Source: Eledone cirrhosa
Lineage: Eukaryota
Direction: 5' to 3'
DNA length: 64,000 nucleotides
Assembly: GCA_964016885.1 (NCBI GenBank)
Contig: OZ024743.1
Location: 254,138,001-254,202,000, forward strand
Shown here: positions 13,193 through 26,325 of the stretch, one piece after another
How the letters are laid out: each line of letters opens with the position of its first letter
How positions within the stretch are numbered: position 1 is the first letter of the stretch
Position numbers and translations under genes: made by a program
Notes under the pieces: generated by a model
Database searches by the model: none
Seen by the model: only the letters and a program-made list of their open reading frames with translations
What the model was told of the DNA's origin: nothing

Positions 13193-13232
<40 letters not shown>

Positions 13233-13605
13233 TAGAAAGATCGAGTATCGAAAAATCGGCGCACGAGTTCACGATAAACAAAATTCGAAATGAGCGGCAG
13301 AGGGCTCAATAATTCAGATGAATCAGAGCTATAACTATCGTTAAAATACCGTCACATATAGAACAAGTCTACAATCAACCATACGATAAAAAATCGATAA
13401 TAGAAGATTCGGGACAAACAGATAAAAAATATCAATAAAACAATACATCAATAATTTAAATGAATGTAAAATCATACCCGGACCCACTAGAAAGGTGTTA
13501 AATCTAGCTTCTTGGGTTTCTGTAAATCCTTAGACTGTACTCTATCAGCTCACATATAAATATAAAAGCCTACTAGAGCAAGGGGAACGGAGTTTACTTC
13601 ATCAA

Positions 13606-13661
<56 letters not shown>

Positions 13662-13784
13662 TATTATATTCATCGGTATTAATATTCTGTATTTATTAAG
13701 AATCTCCCATCATTTTGACAGTTCTTTCATTTCTCTCTATGTGTGTGCATATATCTAAAGTCTGTCTTAAGCCAGAAGGCCCAT

Positions 13785-13981
13785 TTGGCCGGTGCTTATC
13801 CCGGTTGCATGGCATGAAGCGACTCAGAGTACAACACTTCCCTGGACAGGATGTCAGTCCATCGTAGGGTTAAACCCCAGCTATAGCTTTTACTCATTTT
13901 CAGCTGAGTATACTGGAGCAGCTAAGAAATCAAATCAATGACATTATGATCGTAAATCAAACACCCTTAGCACTAGGCACC
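13785..13981 (-). mobile_element. SINE remnant
   Basis: Contains ACTCATTTTCAGCTGAGTATACTGGAGCA, which matches the SINE body at 28047-28080 and, inverted, 35970-36000. Confidence 0.55.
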
Positions 13982-13982
13982 G

Positions 13983-14045
<63 letters not shown>

Positions 14046-14087
14046 AATACAGATGTGAGAAAAACCAGAGACCCTCCATCTCCACTC

Positions 14088-14126
14088 TACTTTTGAAAAG
14101 CAGAAGAACTGCGAAACCGGTAAAGG
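14088..14126 (+). ncRNA. Minimal type I hammerhead motif, U3-A8 core variant (second family)
   Basis: CTT TTGAAAA GCAG-AAGAA-CTGC GAAA CCGG TA AAG: perfect 4-bp stem II, palindromic stem III ACCGGT, GUA site; stem I only 3 bp. Confidence 0.6.
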
Positions 14127-14409
14127 AACCAAATAAATATATATATTTTTTGAAAAATAAGACTCCAGTTGCATTTTCAATTGCATCTTTTTTTCTATAG
14201 ATATGTATATGTATTTGTTCTAAGAACAGATTAAAGTTTAAGCAAAGAATCGCTGCTTTCACCCTTAACAAGATCTTCGGAAACATTAATCTGTTCTTGA
14301 AATAAATATTTGCTTTAAGGGATTATATACATTTTATATATATATAATCATTATCGAACCCTCTTCAGATTTTTGTCTTCACATTTATTATTACTATATG
14401 CTCTTGACA

Positions 14410-16930
14410 GTAAGGAAGAGCAATTAGAGATGTACAGTATAGAGGAACAGTGGGATTTTTGAAACCTGCTGAAGGCAACAGATGAAATCTGTGGCTGGAG
14501 CAGACCTATGGGTAGGAGGAGATTAACTTAGTGGTGGAACAGTAAGGTGGAGGAGTCAATCAAGGCCAAAAAGCAGGCTTGGAAAGTATGGTGGGATGGG
14601 AGAAGTAGAGAACAATAGCAAGTGGCCAGGAGAGAAGCTAGGAGACAAGTGTACCTTGTAGAGGATATAAAGTTCAAGCATGTTCTACAATGTGAGGTGC
14701 AAGATAATGTGTCAAGGAAAACTGTGATATTGTTGAGGAGAAGTGTGACCGTAATGATGATGGTGTACTTGCCCTCACTGATACTGATAAGAAGGCAGTT
14801 TGGAAGTGTCACTACGAGAGACTACTAAATGAGGAGAATAAATGTGAAAAAGATAGTCTGCCCCAAATCGATCCAATAGAGGGACCAGCGGTGCAAGTTA
14901 GTGGTTGTATAATAACTAAGGCAATCAAAGATATGAAGACAGGAAAGGCGGCTGGGCCTTTGGAGATAGTTGCTGAGATGTTGAAAGCATCTGGAATGAT
15001 GGGACATACTATAGTTACCCTGATAGTAAACCAAGTAATACAGAATAGGGTCATACCAAAGGACTGGCGTCATTGTTAACTGCTACAAGGGTAAAGGAAA
15101 TGCTCTAGATAGGGGAAACTATAGAGGCATTAAGTTAGTTGATCAGGTCATGAAGGTCATAGAAAAAGTTATAGCACAACTAACCAGAGATTGAATTGAT
15201 CTAGTTGAAATGCAGTTTGGGTTTGTGTCAGGTAAAAGTACCACAGATGTTCTTTTCCTTGTACGAGAACTACAGGAGAAGTACCTAGCTAAAAGTAAAC
15301 CCCTATACTTAGCTTTTGTTGACTTGGAGAAAGCCTTTGACAGAGTCCCATGCTCCATTATCTGGTGGGCCCTTAAAAAGCTAGGAGTAGATGAATGGCT
15401 TGTGAGAGCTATACAAGCCATGTATAAAGATACAGTCAGTAAGGTTAGAAATAACAATGAATATAGTGAAGAATTTAGTGTAAAAGTCGGTGTTCATCAA
15501 GGCTCTGTCCTTAGCCCCCTCTTGTTTATTATTGCCCTTCAGGCTATAACAGAGGAGTTTAAGACTGGCCGCCCATGGGAACTTCTATATGCAGATGATC
15601 TAACGTTCATAGCTGAATCTATGGCTGAACTACAGAAGAAATTCCAAACATGGAAGCATGGCCTAGAATCAAAAGGCCTTAAAGTTAACTTTCTAGTATG
15701 TAGAAAGGAAAATAGGATACAGGTGCCCTCTTGGAAATGGCCATGCTCAGTATGTAGGAAAGGAGTAGGTAGAAATTCCATTCTATGTCCCAAATGCAAA
15801 CTATGGGTACATAAAAGATGTAGTGGGATCGCAGCTAAACTATCTAAGAACGTAGATTTTATATGTGGCCAATGCTCAGGTGCAATAAGTAGCAAGTGCC
15901 CACAGGATACTAGGTTCTTCTACTGCCCAGATGGTTCCATAGAAATAGTGGACACTTTCCATTACCTGGGTGACAAAATCAGCTGTGGTGGTGGCTGTTC
16001 TGAAAGTACAGTAGCCAGAGTTAGAACGGGATGGAAAAAGTTCAGAGAGCTTATACCGCTGTTGACCACAAAAGTTACTCTCTGAAAAAGAAAGGCAGAT
16101 TGTATGATGCCTGTATATGGACAGCATTGTTACATGGCAGTGAGACATGGGCATTGTTTGCAGAGGACCTGCACAGACTGGAAAGGAACGAAGCATGCAT
16201 GCTCCGTTGGATGTGTAATAGTAATATACACAAACGACAAAAGATAAATGAACTAAGTGAGAAATTAGGAATAAGAGGGATCAGATGCTGTTTCCTTGAG
16301 AGAAGACTACATTGGTATGGCCACGTGATGCGCATGAAAGGCGACAGCTGTATAAAAAAGTGCAGGGCGATCAAAATTGATGGAAGTTACAGAGTAGGTA
16401 GACCCAGAAAAACCTGGGATGACATGATAAGGTCCGACCTTGCATACTTGCACCTCTCTAAATCAAGTCACAGGATTGAGATCTTTGGCGCCACGCAGTA
16501 TTACAGAAGACTCGCCTTCCCTATGTGCAAAGTTAGCCTACAGTCAGTAGGCCCCCTCCAAACCAAATATACACCCCAACCCACTAGCCCTACTCCATCC
16601 TCCCACTCCCGCCAACACCACCCTTTCTCTATAAAGTTATGTTGGTACCACAAGATCCAGTCCAAACTAATGAGATTGTGTAAGTGTCACGACAAAAAAC
16701 ACACAGTCCATGCTGTAATGTGGTCGTGTAGGTAACACAGTAAAAAGTTCCCAGTCCACACTGTAAATGTGGTTGGTGTTAGGAAGGGCATCGAGCCATA
16801 GAAAGCCTGCCAGATAGTCCTATACGAGCGAGTGACAGTCACCCAATCAATCTTGCCTCAAGTGGGACAACACCCGTCTAACCCATGCTGGCGTGGAAGA
16901 TGGACGTTAAATGATGATGGTGATGATGAG
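14410..16930 (+). mobile_element. RTE-clade LINE, 5'-truncated and frameshifted: RT, PHD-type finger, C-terminal domain
   Basis: ORF 15210-16085 has QFGF, FVDLEKAFDRVP, GVHQGSVLSPLLF and LLYADD; ORF 16031-16735 has the RTE C-terminal motifs; (GAT)n tail. Confidence 0.95.
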
Positions 16931-17149
16931 GATATATATGTGTGTGTGTGTGTGAGTGTGTGTATGTGTATGTATGTGTATGTCTGTATCAGTATCCATA
17001 CATGCATATACTATATTGATATATATATAGTCACCCATCAGAAAGAGGTGATCTCTCTTTGGTGTCTTATCTATAATGGCCTGTATGTTTTCATATAACT
17101 CATTGATTTCTTCATCTAGGTGCGTAGATGTGGGAAAGTAGCCCTGGAT

Positions 17150-19995
17150 TCGCTGTACAGAGGAGGCCACCTCCGCACCCTCGAAGACTGAACAGGAGGG
17201 CACATGAGCAGCTCTAGACAGATTTGACAGCTATGATGAGGGGATCACACCACCAACTTTGGACTGGTTTGATTTATACAAATAGAAAAAACACCCAGAC
17301 AAAGAAAAAGACCTTTAATATCAGCACATACATTACATGTACCATCAATGATCATAATACCAACCCTCTTGAGACAATGATGTATGAACTTGAGAAAGTA
17401 AATTGGGATATTACCGGACTATCAAAGACTAAATAAAATGAAAACAATATAAAGATACATCAAGATTCCGAACACTATATTTATCTGTCAAGCAATGTGA
17501 CTCATATCATGAATAGAGTGGGTTTCTTGGTGAACAAAAATTGCGCATCATTAGTACACATCTATTGACCTATATCCGACAGACTAGCTGTTCTGAGCTT
17601 GAAAAGTAAGTTTTGTTAACTTGTACTTATCTAGTGCTACTTTCCCACACCTACAGACCCAGATGAACAAATCAATGAGTTATATGACAACATACAGTCC
17701 ATTATAGATAAGACACCAAAGAGAGATCATCGTTTTCTGATGGGTGACTTTAACTGTAAAATTGGGCAACTAAACGAATCATTCCTATCAAGTATTGGGA
17801 AATATACCACAGGTACATTTAACTCGAAAGGCAGGCTTGTAGCCAAATTTTGTACAAGGAACAAGATGCAGATCACCAATACAATGTTTCAAAAGAAAGC
17901 CTGTTCACTTGGATATCATCAGACAGTATAACTAAGAATCAAATAGACTTTATAATAGCAAGAAAATCTTCAGCAAGACGAAGCATATTAGATAACACTG
18001 CACTTAACACTCCTGATATATCTGACCATCATATGGTGTGCACAAGATTTTGCATCAACTACTGCTTTTCAGTTTCGCAATCTGATGAAGACTCCGACAA
18101 GATTTATAATACTATCTGCAGAGGCATAAAAGAGGAATCTGAAGAGATTTTACCTAAGGAAAGCCTTTCCATCCCACAATAGATGTCACAACAAACAAAG
18201 AAAGCAATATCTGAAAAGCATAGAATCAGAAGAGAATGAGGCCACACATCAAGCATAATATAGAATAGCAAAAGCTGAATCTAAAACACTTGTTAAATCA
18301 GACAAACTTAAACAAATATACAATAACATTGAGGAGCAGAATAACCTACCACCCAACAGGTTATATCATGCTCCTCTGAAGAAACTAAAGACTAAATCAA
18401 GAAATCTTAGCTGAGGCATTAAAGATTCAAATGTTACTATCCTTACTTCCAAAGATGTTATCCTTGAACACTGGGCTAAATTCTAAGAAAAGCTGTACTT
18501 CAGCAACTCAGAATCAACAACCATTCTTGATTCGACATCAGATGCCATTCCATCTATCTTAGCTAGCAAGATATCTCATGCCATCTAAAAGCCCTGGACT
18601 CAGAAATTATCAAAGCTGGAGGTGAACCAAATATCAAAGCACTTCAACATGTTTTTAACTGTATTATCACTACAAAAAAAGCCTAGACATGTTCAAATAA
18701 ACATTAATAGTTGTACTCTACAAAAAAGGTAGCAGACTTGAGTCACGTTTATAAGCTATCATGAACATCATTGCAGCACGAGTGAAGTCAGACCTTTACA
18801 CCTCATTTCCTGAAACACAAACTGCATATCAACCTGGAAGAGACACCATTGAGCAGATCCTAGCTATTGAACAAATCATTGAGAAATCAATAGAATTCAA
18901 CAACCCTGTGCACATTACCTTCATTGACTTCACAAAAGCTTTTGAGATTGTGAAACTACTCGGCTTGTGGCAACTCTTAAACAAGACCTCCATTAACAAA
19001 AAATACATCAACCTATTGAAAGAAACTTACACCAACTCAACAGCATATATCAAAACAGATTTGGGAACTACACACTGTATAGACATCTTGAAGGGAGTTA
19101 AGCAGGGGGATGTACTATCAGCACTTCTTTTCTGTATAGTTATAGTTGCACTTATCTACCAAATTGAAGAAGAATGCTCCTCTGACTATCAAATAGGAGG
19201 TAAAATCCTATCAAATCTTAGCTTTGCAGATGATCTGGCCATTATGAGTTATTCTAGAAGTGATCTACAAGACTTTCTGAATGCACTGGCCAAACATTCA
19301 CTGAGGCTGGCTTGCGAATCAACATCTCCAAAACAAAGTCTATGACAACTGATAAAAACAATGCCAATCTACAATCAGCAAATTGCTCAAGTTACAGAGT
19401 TTATATATCTCGGTCACAAACTATCATCAAAGAACAATGGAATGGCTGCTGCACAGTATCGCATCGCTCTAGGTTGGGCAGCTTTCAACAAGAACAAGCA
19501 AGTACTAACATCAAAATGAGTTTCCTATCATTTGAAGGCTAAGATCTTCGATACTTACATCCTACCAGTTGTGTTATATGGCCTTGACTGTTAATTGAAC
19601 GACAAGGTCACTTCAGAAGCTCTCTACATTCCAGAACCACATCATGAGACTTATGACAGGCAAGCGGCTCAGCAACTGTATCTGTATAAGTGAGCTGTTC
19701 AACATTACCAAACTTAGACCAATTACATCAATTGTCAAGCCAAGAGTACTCAAACTATATGGTCATATACAAACATCAACTCATTGGTGTGAGTAAGTTA
19801 TGCCTGGAAGGGAGGTTGGCTGGTAAAAGAAGGAGAGGCCGGCAGCCAAAATGATGGCTTGATAATGTCAACATATGGACTAGACTTGATCTCTGTTCTT
19901 TAAACTCTGCTGTTGGTGATCGACTTTGTGGAGAAAAATATATCATGTTCATGTGCAGTCTGCAGTTGGCGGAGTTTAGCGTAAAAAAAGAAAAA
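17150..19995 (+). mobile_element. Near full-length decayed RTE-superfamily LINE (APE endonuclease + RT), second family without PHD finger
   Basis: Endonuclease motifs WDITGLS, MGDFN, NQIDFI and SDH; RT motifs FIDFTKAF, GVKQGDVLS and LSFADD; many stops and frameshifts. Confidence 0.9.
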
Positions 19996-21104
19996 TACAT
20001 ACATATATCATCATCATTTTATCATCATTTTATGTCCGCTTCTCCCTGCTTGCAAGGGTGGGATGGGAACTGATATATATATATATATACATATGTATAC
20101 ATATGTCTTTACATATGACTATTTGTGTGTCAGTGTATGTAGATAAATATGCAACACACACACATATATTTTTATATGGCAGCCTTCCACATCACAAGGC
20201 GTTAGTCAGCCGGAGGCTACAGTAAAAAACATTTGCCCAAAGTGCGATGCAAAAGTATTTTATGTTGGTACCACAGTAAAATCTACCCCATCCACCTGTA
20301 AAGTAGGACTACTGATGTCACGAAAAATGCACCCTGTAAGCTAGCTGGCATTAAAAAGTGCATGTAGAACATAACAAGCAAGACTGATGACTCCAATCTG
20401 TCTGGTTTCAGACTGTGATAACCCATCCAACCCATGTCAATGTGGGAAGAGGATGGAAAATGATAATGATGATGATGATATATGCCATAGAATTAAGAAT
20501 ATGGCAAATGCTTTAAAAATATTTACAGAAAATAAATAAATGCTCATAAGAGATCCCTTCTCAAGAATGCACTAATCTATTGCAGATTTTTTTTGTTTTT
20601 AGAGAGACAGAAATGTATCTGACATGCAATATTGCAGCAACTAAAGATACACATGCATTAGTCCAAACACAAATACGCATGCAATTTATCATATCATGAA
20701 AGTTTTTTTTAAAAATATCTTAGTGTCAATTACAATATTCATAGAGAATTTTCTTTGCATTTGTTGTTTTATAAAACTTCTCTTCTTAGGTACTGCTAGA
20801 TCTCTTGTCTAGCTAATTCTTCACACCCAACAGTCATTTCCAATTACATACGATTCAGAATATATTAAAGTTTATTCCATAAGTTCATCTTAGTGTGGAG
20901 AGAATTTCCTTAGTACTGAAAAGTTTCTGTATATTTTTTAAACAACTTTTCATAATTTTTGTGAATTTTTTAAAAATATTTGTTTAGTGTTATTTGTTTG
21001 CCTTTTGATTTAATTTATGTAGAAATATTTACAAATTGTAAGTGCCGGTTTAAAACAGATATACATACATACTTGTTTACACACATACACATGTATATAT
21101 ATAA

Positions 21105-21137
<33 letters not shown>

Positions 21138-21379
21138 TGAAGAAATAATATAATTACATCGTTGAAAGAGACCAGAAACACAAATTTGGGTGCAGTTTCT
21201 CTACCAAGCAACACATGAGTTGCTTTTGATAAATTTACCTTGATTTTCCTTTGACATCTTGTTCTTTCCTGTTTCTTTTATTTCAAGGTTTTAGGGTTTA
21301 TTTTAGAAGAAAAACGAAAATTAATAAAGAAATTGGGAGAAAAAGAAAATCTATAATCATTAGAATTTCACGTGGAGGT

Positions 21380-21565
21380 CATCATCATCATCATCATCAT
21401 CACCGTTTTACGTCCGTTCTTCCACGCTAGCATGGGTTAGACGGGTTGTCCTGTTGTGGGCAGTGTCTGGTCGGCTGACCATGCCTTGCTCATACAGGAA
21501 CTGATCTGGCTTGATTTCTACAGCTGGATGCCCTTCCTAACACCAACCTCATTTACAGTGAGTGC
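21380..21565 (-). mobile_element. RTE 3' tail
   Basis: Reverse complement of 22890-23085 and of the end of 11569-12658. Confidence 0.85.
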
Positions 21566-21863
21566 TGAGGTGTGTTTGGATAATACAGAGTCTAGCAAAA
21601 ATTTAAAATCAAAACACTTTTTTAATTTTTCGCCAGAAGAATCGCTTGTCCTTACTGATGAGTTTTGTGATTTAATTATTTTGTGACCATATTTCCCATG
21701 GTATACTCTGCCTTTGATTTTCAAATTATTTTGAAAATAATCAGGAATTTCAATGGATTTGGAAATATAACTGACTTTCTCGTGAATCAGGCTGAAGTTT
21801 TTAGCTCAACTTAAACAAGGTTCTTATATAAAATTATGACGTAAGATTTTTAGATAAGTATAA

Positions 21864-23086
21864 ACTTGGGAGCAGGGACTAGAAAGAAAGGGTCTCAAAG
21901 TCAACATGACAAAGACTAAGGTCCTTATAAGTAGACAAGAAAACAGAACCCAGATCCCCTCATGGAAATGGCCTTGCTCAGTATGTAGGAAAGGTGAAGG
22001 TAGGAACTCCATTCGCTGCCCCAAATGCAAACAATGGGCACACAAGAGATGTAGCGGGATCTCAGGATGCTTATTTAAGAATGTAGGCTTCACATGTAGC
22101 AGCTGTGCTGGGACAGCAAGCAGCAAACAGTCACAGGAAACAAGTACCACCAATCTCTGGGAGGGCTCTGTAGAAACAGTAGACAGCTTCTGCTACCTAG
22201 GTGACCGAATTAACAGCGCAGGTGGGTGTTCAGAAAGTACAATAACTAGGGTAAGAATGGGATGGAAGAAGTTCAGGGAACTACTGCTACTGCTAGCTGC
22301 AAAAGGCTTCTCCCTCAAAATGAAAGTCAGATTATATGATGCATGTATCCTAACAGCAATGTTACATGGTATTGAGACCTGGGCGCTGAAGGTCAAAGAC
22401 TTACGTAGATATAAAAGAAACAAAGCCTGCATGCTCCGATGGATGTGTAATAGTAATATACCCGAACGGCAAAAGATAAATGAATTGAGAGAGAGACTGA
22501 GCATAAGAGGAATCAAATGCTGTGTGTAGGAGAGGCGGTTGCATTGGTATGGACATGTGATGCGTATGAAGGATGACAACTGCATAAACAGGTGCAAAGC
22601 ACTAGAAGTCAATGGAAACCGCGGAGTGGGCAGTCCCAAGAAGACCTGGGATGAGGTGATAAAAGCCGACCTTACCCAATTACACCTCTCAAAGGTGATG
22701 ACATACGACTGTGACCTCTGGCATCACGCAGTAATACAGAGTACCCGACCTCCCATGGGTACAAGCCAAAGCATATAGACAATATGCCCCCACACCCTCC
22801 CACTGCAAAGTGGTCGTGGAGGTGCCACGGCAAAAAAACACCCAGCCCACACTGTAAAGTGGACATGTAGGCGCCACGGAAAAATGCACCCAGCACTCAC
22901 TGTAAATGAGGTTGGTGTTAGGAAGGGAATCCAGCTGTAGAAATCAAGCCAAAATCAGTTCCTGTATGAGCAAGGCATGGTCAGCCTTCCAGACACTGCC
23001 CACAATGGGACAACCCGTCTAACCCATGCTAGCATGGAAGAACGGACGTAAAACGGTGATGGTGATGATGATGATGATGATGATGA
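21864..23086 (+). mobile_element. 5'-truncated RTE LINE inserted into a piggyBac-like MITE (halves at about 21685-21863 and 23087-23161)
   Basis: ORF 21906-22529 with PHD-type finger; (GAT)n tail; MITE-like body on the left and GGTATCAAAAGAGTTAA end on the right. Confidence 0.9.
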
Positions 23087-23254
23087 TAAACACTTAAAAA
23101 CAAACAGTTTATATAATAGAACTAGGAGCAGATTTAAGTGGTTTGGTATCAAAAGAGTTAATCAACAACTAATCTCTGCTAGGTGTTGTAAATTCATTTT
23201 CACATTCATCAATACTAACAGATACATACTGGTACACACGCACACACATACAAT

Positions 23255-23340
<86 letters not shown>

Positions 23341-23357
23341 ATTTCTGTTTACCGTTT

Positions 23358-23398
<41 letters not shown>

Positions 23399-24398
23399 AT
23401 GTTCTTATCGACACAGGAGTTTGTGAAATTCGAGAGACAGTAAAGCAAAGTCAAGACAAATATCTAAAAGTTTACCTAGACAGTTAAACAATTAAAACAA
23501 AGTGTAGTGTTACTAAACTTGTAATAAAAACTGCAATTTCCTCACAAGTGTTTCTAATGCATTTTATATATATATAGTATATTTAATGATGACTGGTTGT
23601 TGAGTGATGATATTAAAATATAATACATATTTCTTCATTCTGAAATATAAAACAATGCTAACTTCTATACACATGTTTCCCAAATTGGGTTCCAACTAAC
23701 GCCAAATTCTTGCCAAAAGATTCTGGTGATCCAAGAGGAAAGGTGTCTTTTTATAAAATTTAATAATCTATAATTGATAAATTTATTGTTTGCATAAAAT
23801 AAACCCACGTACTTTATGTTCATTACTGGCATATGGAGGTTATTATATATAACAACAATGTTTTGATAATTTATTTCTAGGAAATAATTATATGAATGTT
23901 CTGTGTCTATGTGCATATGACATGCAAGATAAAATGTGCGAATAAATTTGGAGAAATATCTATTTACTGGGATATTGTGATTGGTAAGTGAACTTATTTT
24001 AGCAACATGACTGATAAAGGAAACATGTTATGTGTATGCGTGTTAATATTTGAAGCTGTAAATTGTAAAGAATTACAGATGGAACATATACAAATATATA
24101 TATATATAAATCAACCATAATAATAGGCCACATATATATATGGCCTATTATTATGGTTGATTTTATAGTATTTAATAATGTTATGGCAATGTCCTATCTC
24201 TACTTTGAACTTAAAGAGTCATCAGACATACTTAACTGATTGTCAATCAAGAATTTTATAAACACATAGGTGTAAATCAAGTGCAACAGATCACTGGCAC
24301 CAGTTTAATAGAATCATTTATTTTGAGTAAATATAGTTCACACCATCAATACAAAACAAATACACACACACACATTTATATATATATATATATATATA

Positions 24399-24520
24399 AT
24401 GAAGGAAGTATGGTAAGGAACTGGGTGGACCATAATGCACCAGAGTACTCAATGCTTTGGGTAGAAGAATGGGTAATAGGAAAATGTTCAAGACCCAATG
24501 CCAAATTCAGCTGCTGGTCC
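24399..24520 (-). mobile_element. Diverged terminal fragment of the family at 58658-59540
   Basis: Matches the reverse complement of about 59420-59540; the same terminus abuts (TA)n in both copies. Confidence 0.7.
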
Positions 24521-24529
24521 TGACAGTTT

Positions 24530-25450
24530 CCCAGCAATCCTAAAATTATTCAAACAAAGCTTAGCAAAACCCCTGCAGAGGTAAATTATCTGGAGAGTAT
24601 AAAGAAGGCATGTGTCCTATCCATAAAGGCAGAAGCAGGGCAGATGATAACAACTACAGACCTGTCCTCCTGATCTCACATGTCAGCAAAGTCATTGAAC
24701 AAATCGTCAGAATGGAAATGGTATTCTAACTGACACCCAGCATAGATTTCACCCATGTAGAAGTTGCCTTACACAGCTCCTGCAGCATTATAGCTGGGTA
24801 CTGAAACAGCTGCTAAACCATTCAAACATGGATATAATCTCGACTTTGTGAAAGCCTCCAACAAGGTTGGTCATGGAACAATATGTAACAAACTATGTAG
24901 CTTTGGCATGGTTGGAAAATTAGGTGAATGGCTTCATAACTTCTTAATAACCAAAAGCCAGACTGTTTCAGTCAAAGGGGTGCTAAGGAAACATCAATAA
25001 CAAGTGGAATGCCCCAGGGAACTGTCTTGGGACCACTACTGTTTGTAGTAACTCTCTCTCTGACATACCCTCATAAGCTATGCTGATGACATAAACGTAG
25101 CACATGCAATCAAGAATCTGGCTGATGCTACTCTCTTACAAGATTTAGATGCCATATACAAATTGGCTGAGGACAATTTGCAATTTATTGCTGGTAAATA
25201 GCAAGTCCTCTGGTAGCAACCCACAAAGCTACACAAGACCAGGAGGAATCGAAATCCCCAAATAAAAATCAATACAGGATCTGGGTATTGATATGACCAA
25301 TGATGCATTATTTCATGCACTCATCACTAAAATGATGGCAATGTGCAGCAGACTGGCAAGTTGGATTCGAAGGACTTTTACGTCAAGAGACTAAGAAACC
25401 ATGTTTATCCTCTGGATGACTTTAGTTCTCAGCTGATTGTACTATTGCAC
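24530..25450 (+). pseudogene. Degenerate CR1/L2-group LINE RT
   Basis: Frameshifted motifs PIHKG...NYRPV...SHVSKVIEQIV, DFVKASNKV, SGMPQGTVLGPLLF and SYADD. Confidence 0.8.
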
Positions 25451-25981
25451 TCAGTGTACTGCTAAAGGTCCCATCTTTCACATCAAGAATAATGACCAAA
25501 TACTGCAATAGCCTGGGGTTCAGAGGCTTTCAGCTCTTTAATATGCTGCCAAAATATCTGAGTGCCGTATCCTTTTCCATTTTCCATATATGGTAGCTTG
25601 AAATTATTTGGCTATTGTAAAAAGAATATTAGTCTCCTGATTTTTTTCATAGCAAGTATTTGATCTTGTCACTCCATATAATGACATAATTATCCTAGCA
25701 TATATTTTGCTTATCTCAAGAGATCGTCCTCATGCACTACCATTATGTCTTCCTGTTTTCTAAAGGCAATATTTGGTCATACCCTTCTTGAAATATTTTC
25801 TTCTGCATCTACAGATTGATTTTTCACAGCTTCAGATGATCCCACTTAGAGTGAAAGCAGAAATGTTTTGCTTAAACTTTTAATCTGTACTAATAATAAA
25901 TATTTGCTCTATCTGTTTATATATACACAAGCCTTATTGAATTCTCTTTGGATTTAAGTGTTTTGGTCTTTGTATTTGTTA

Positions 25982-26021
<40 letters not shown>

Positions 26022-26025
<4 letters not shown>

Positions 26026-26325
26026 TAGATAGATAAATATATTTCTTTATTTGCCACAAGGGCGCACAAGAAAAGGAGACAATACGAGGACATATGCCAG
26101 GATTTTACATACAACCATGTAAAAATATTGAAACAAGCATATTCAACAATCGAAATCCCCAATAGGGGGAGGTATTACAAATGGGTTGTTTAATACCACG
26201 TAGATAAAACAACCCTCAATTTCAGCCTACATTCACCCAGCTTTCAGTAAATTTACTGGTGTACAGTACCTCTCTCTCCACTCTGATTCTCCTTCTAAAG
26301 TGGTACCTAAAGATGGGAATGAGTT
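26022..26325 (-). mobile_element. Tx1/L1-like LINE 3' end
   Basis: Similar to 62897-63290 (FRYHFRRRIRVERE; AATAAA and (TCTA)n tail on the minus strand). Confidence 0.8.

Larger units (their letters stand above)
10895..13193 (+). mobile_element. Penelope-like remnant with 305-bp inverted terminal repeat and one-sided tail, interrupted by an RTE insertion
   Basis: 11067-11371 is the reverse complement of 12887-13191. About 12778-12815 reads RLIFTLDIIHP, similar to a GIY-YIG C-terminus. Both ends abut (TA)n. Confidence 0.65.

Noticed and set aside
13232-13607. TA-embedded fragment with TTGATGA/CTGATAG on the minus strand
   Set aside because: Could not build consistent stems I-III, and no inverted arm or coding motif was found.
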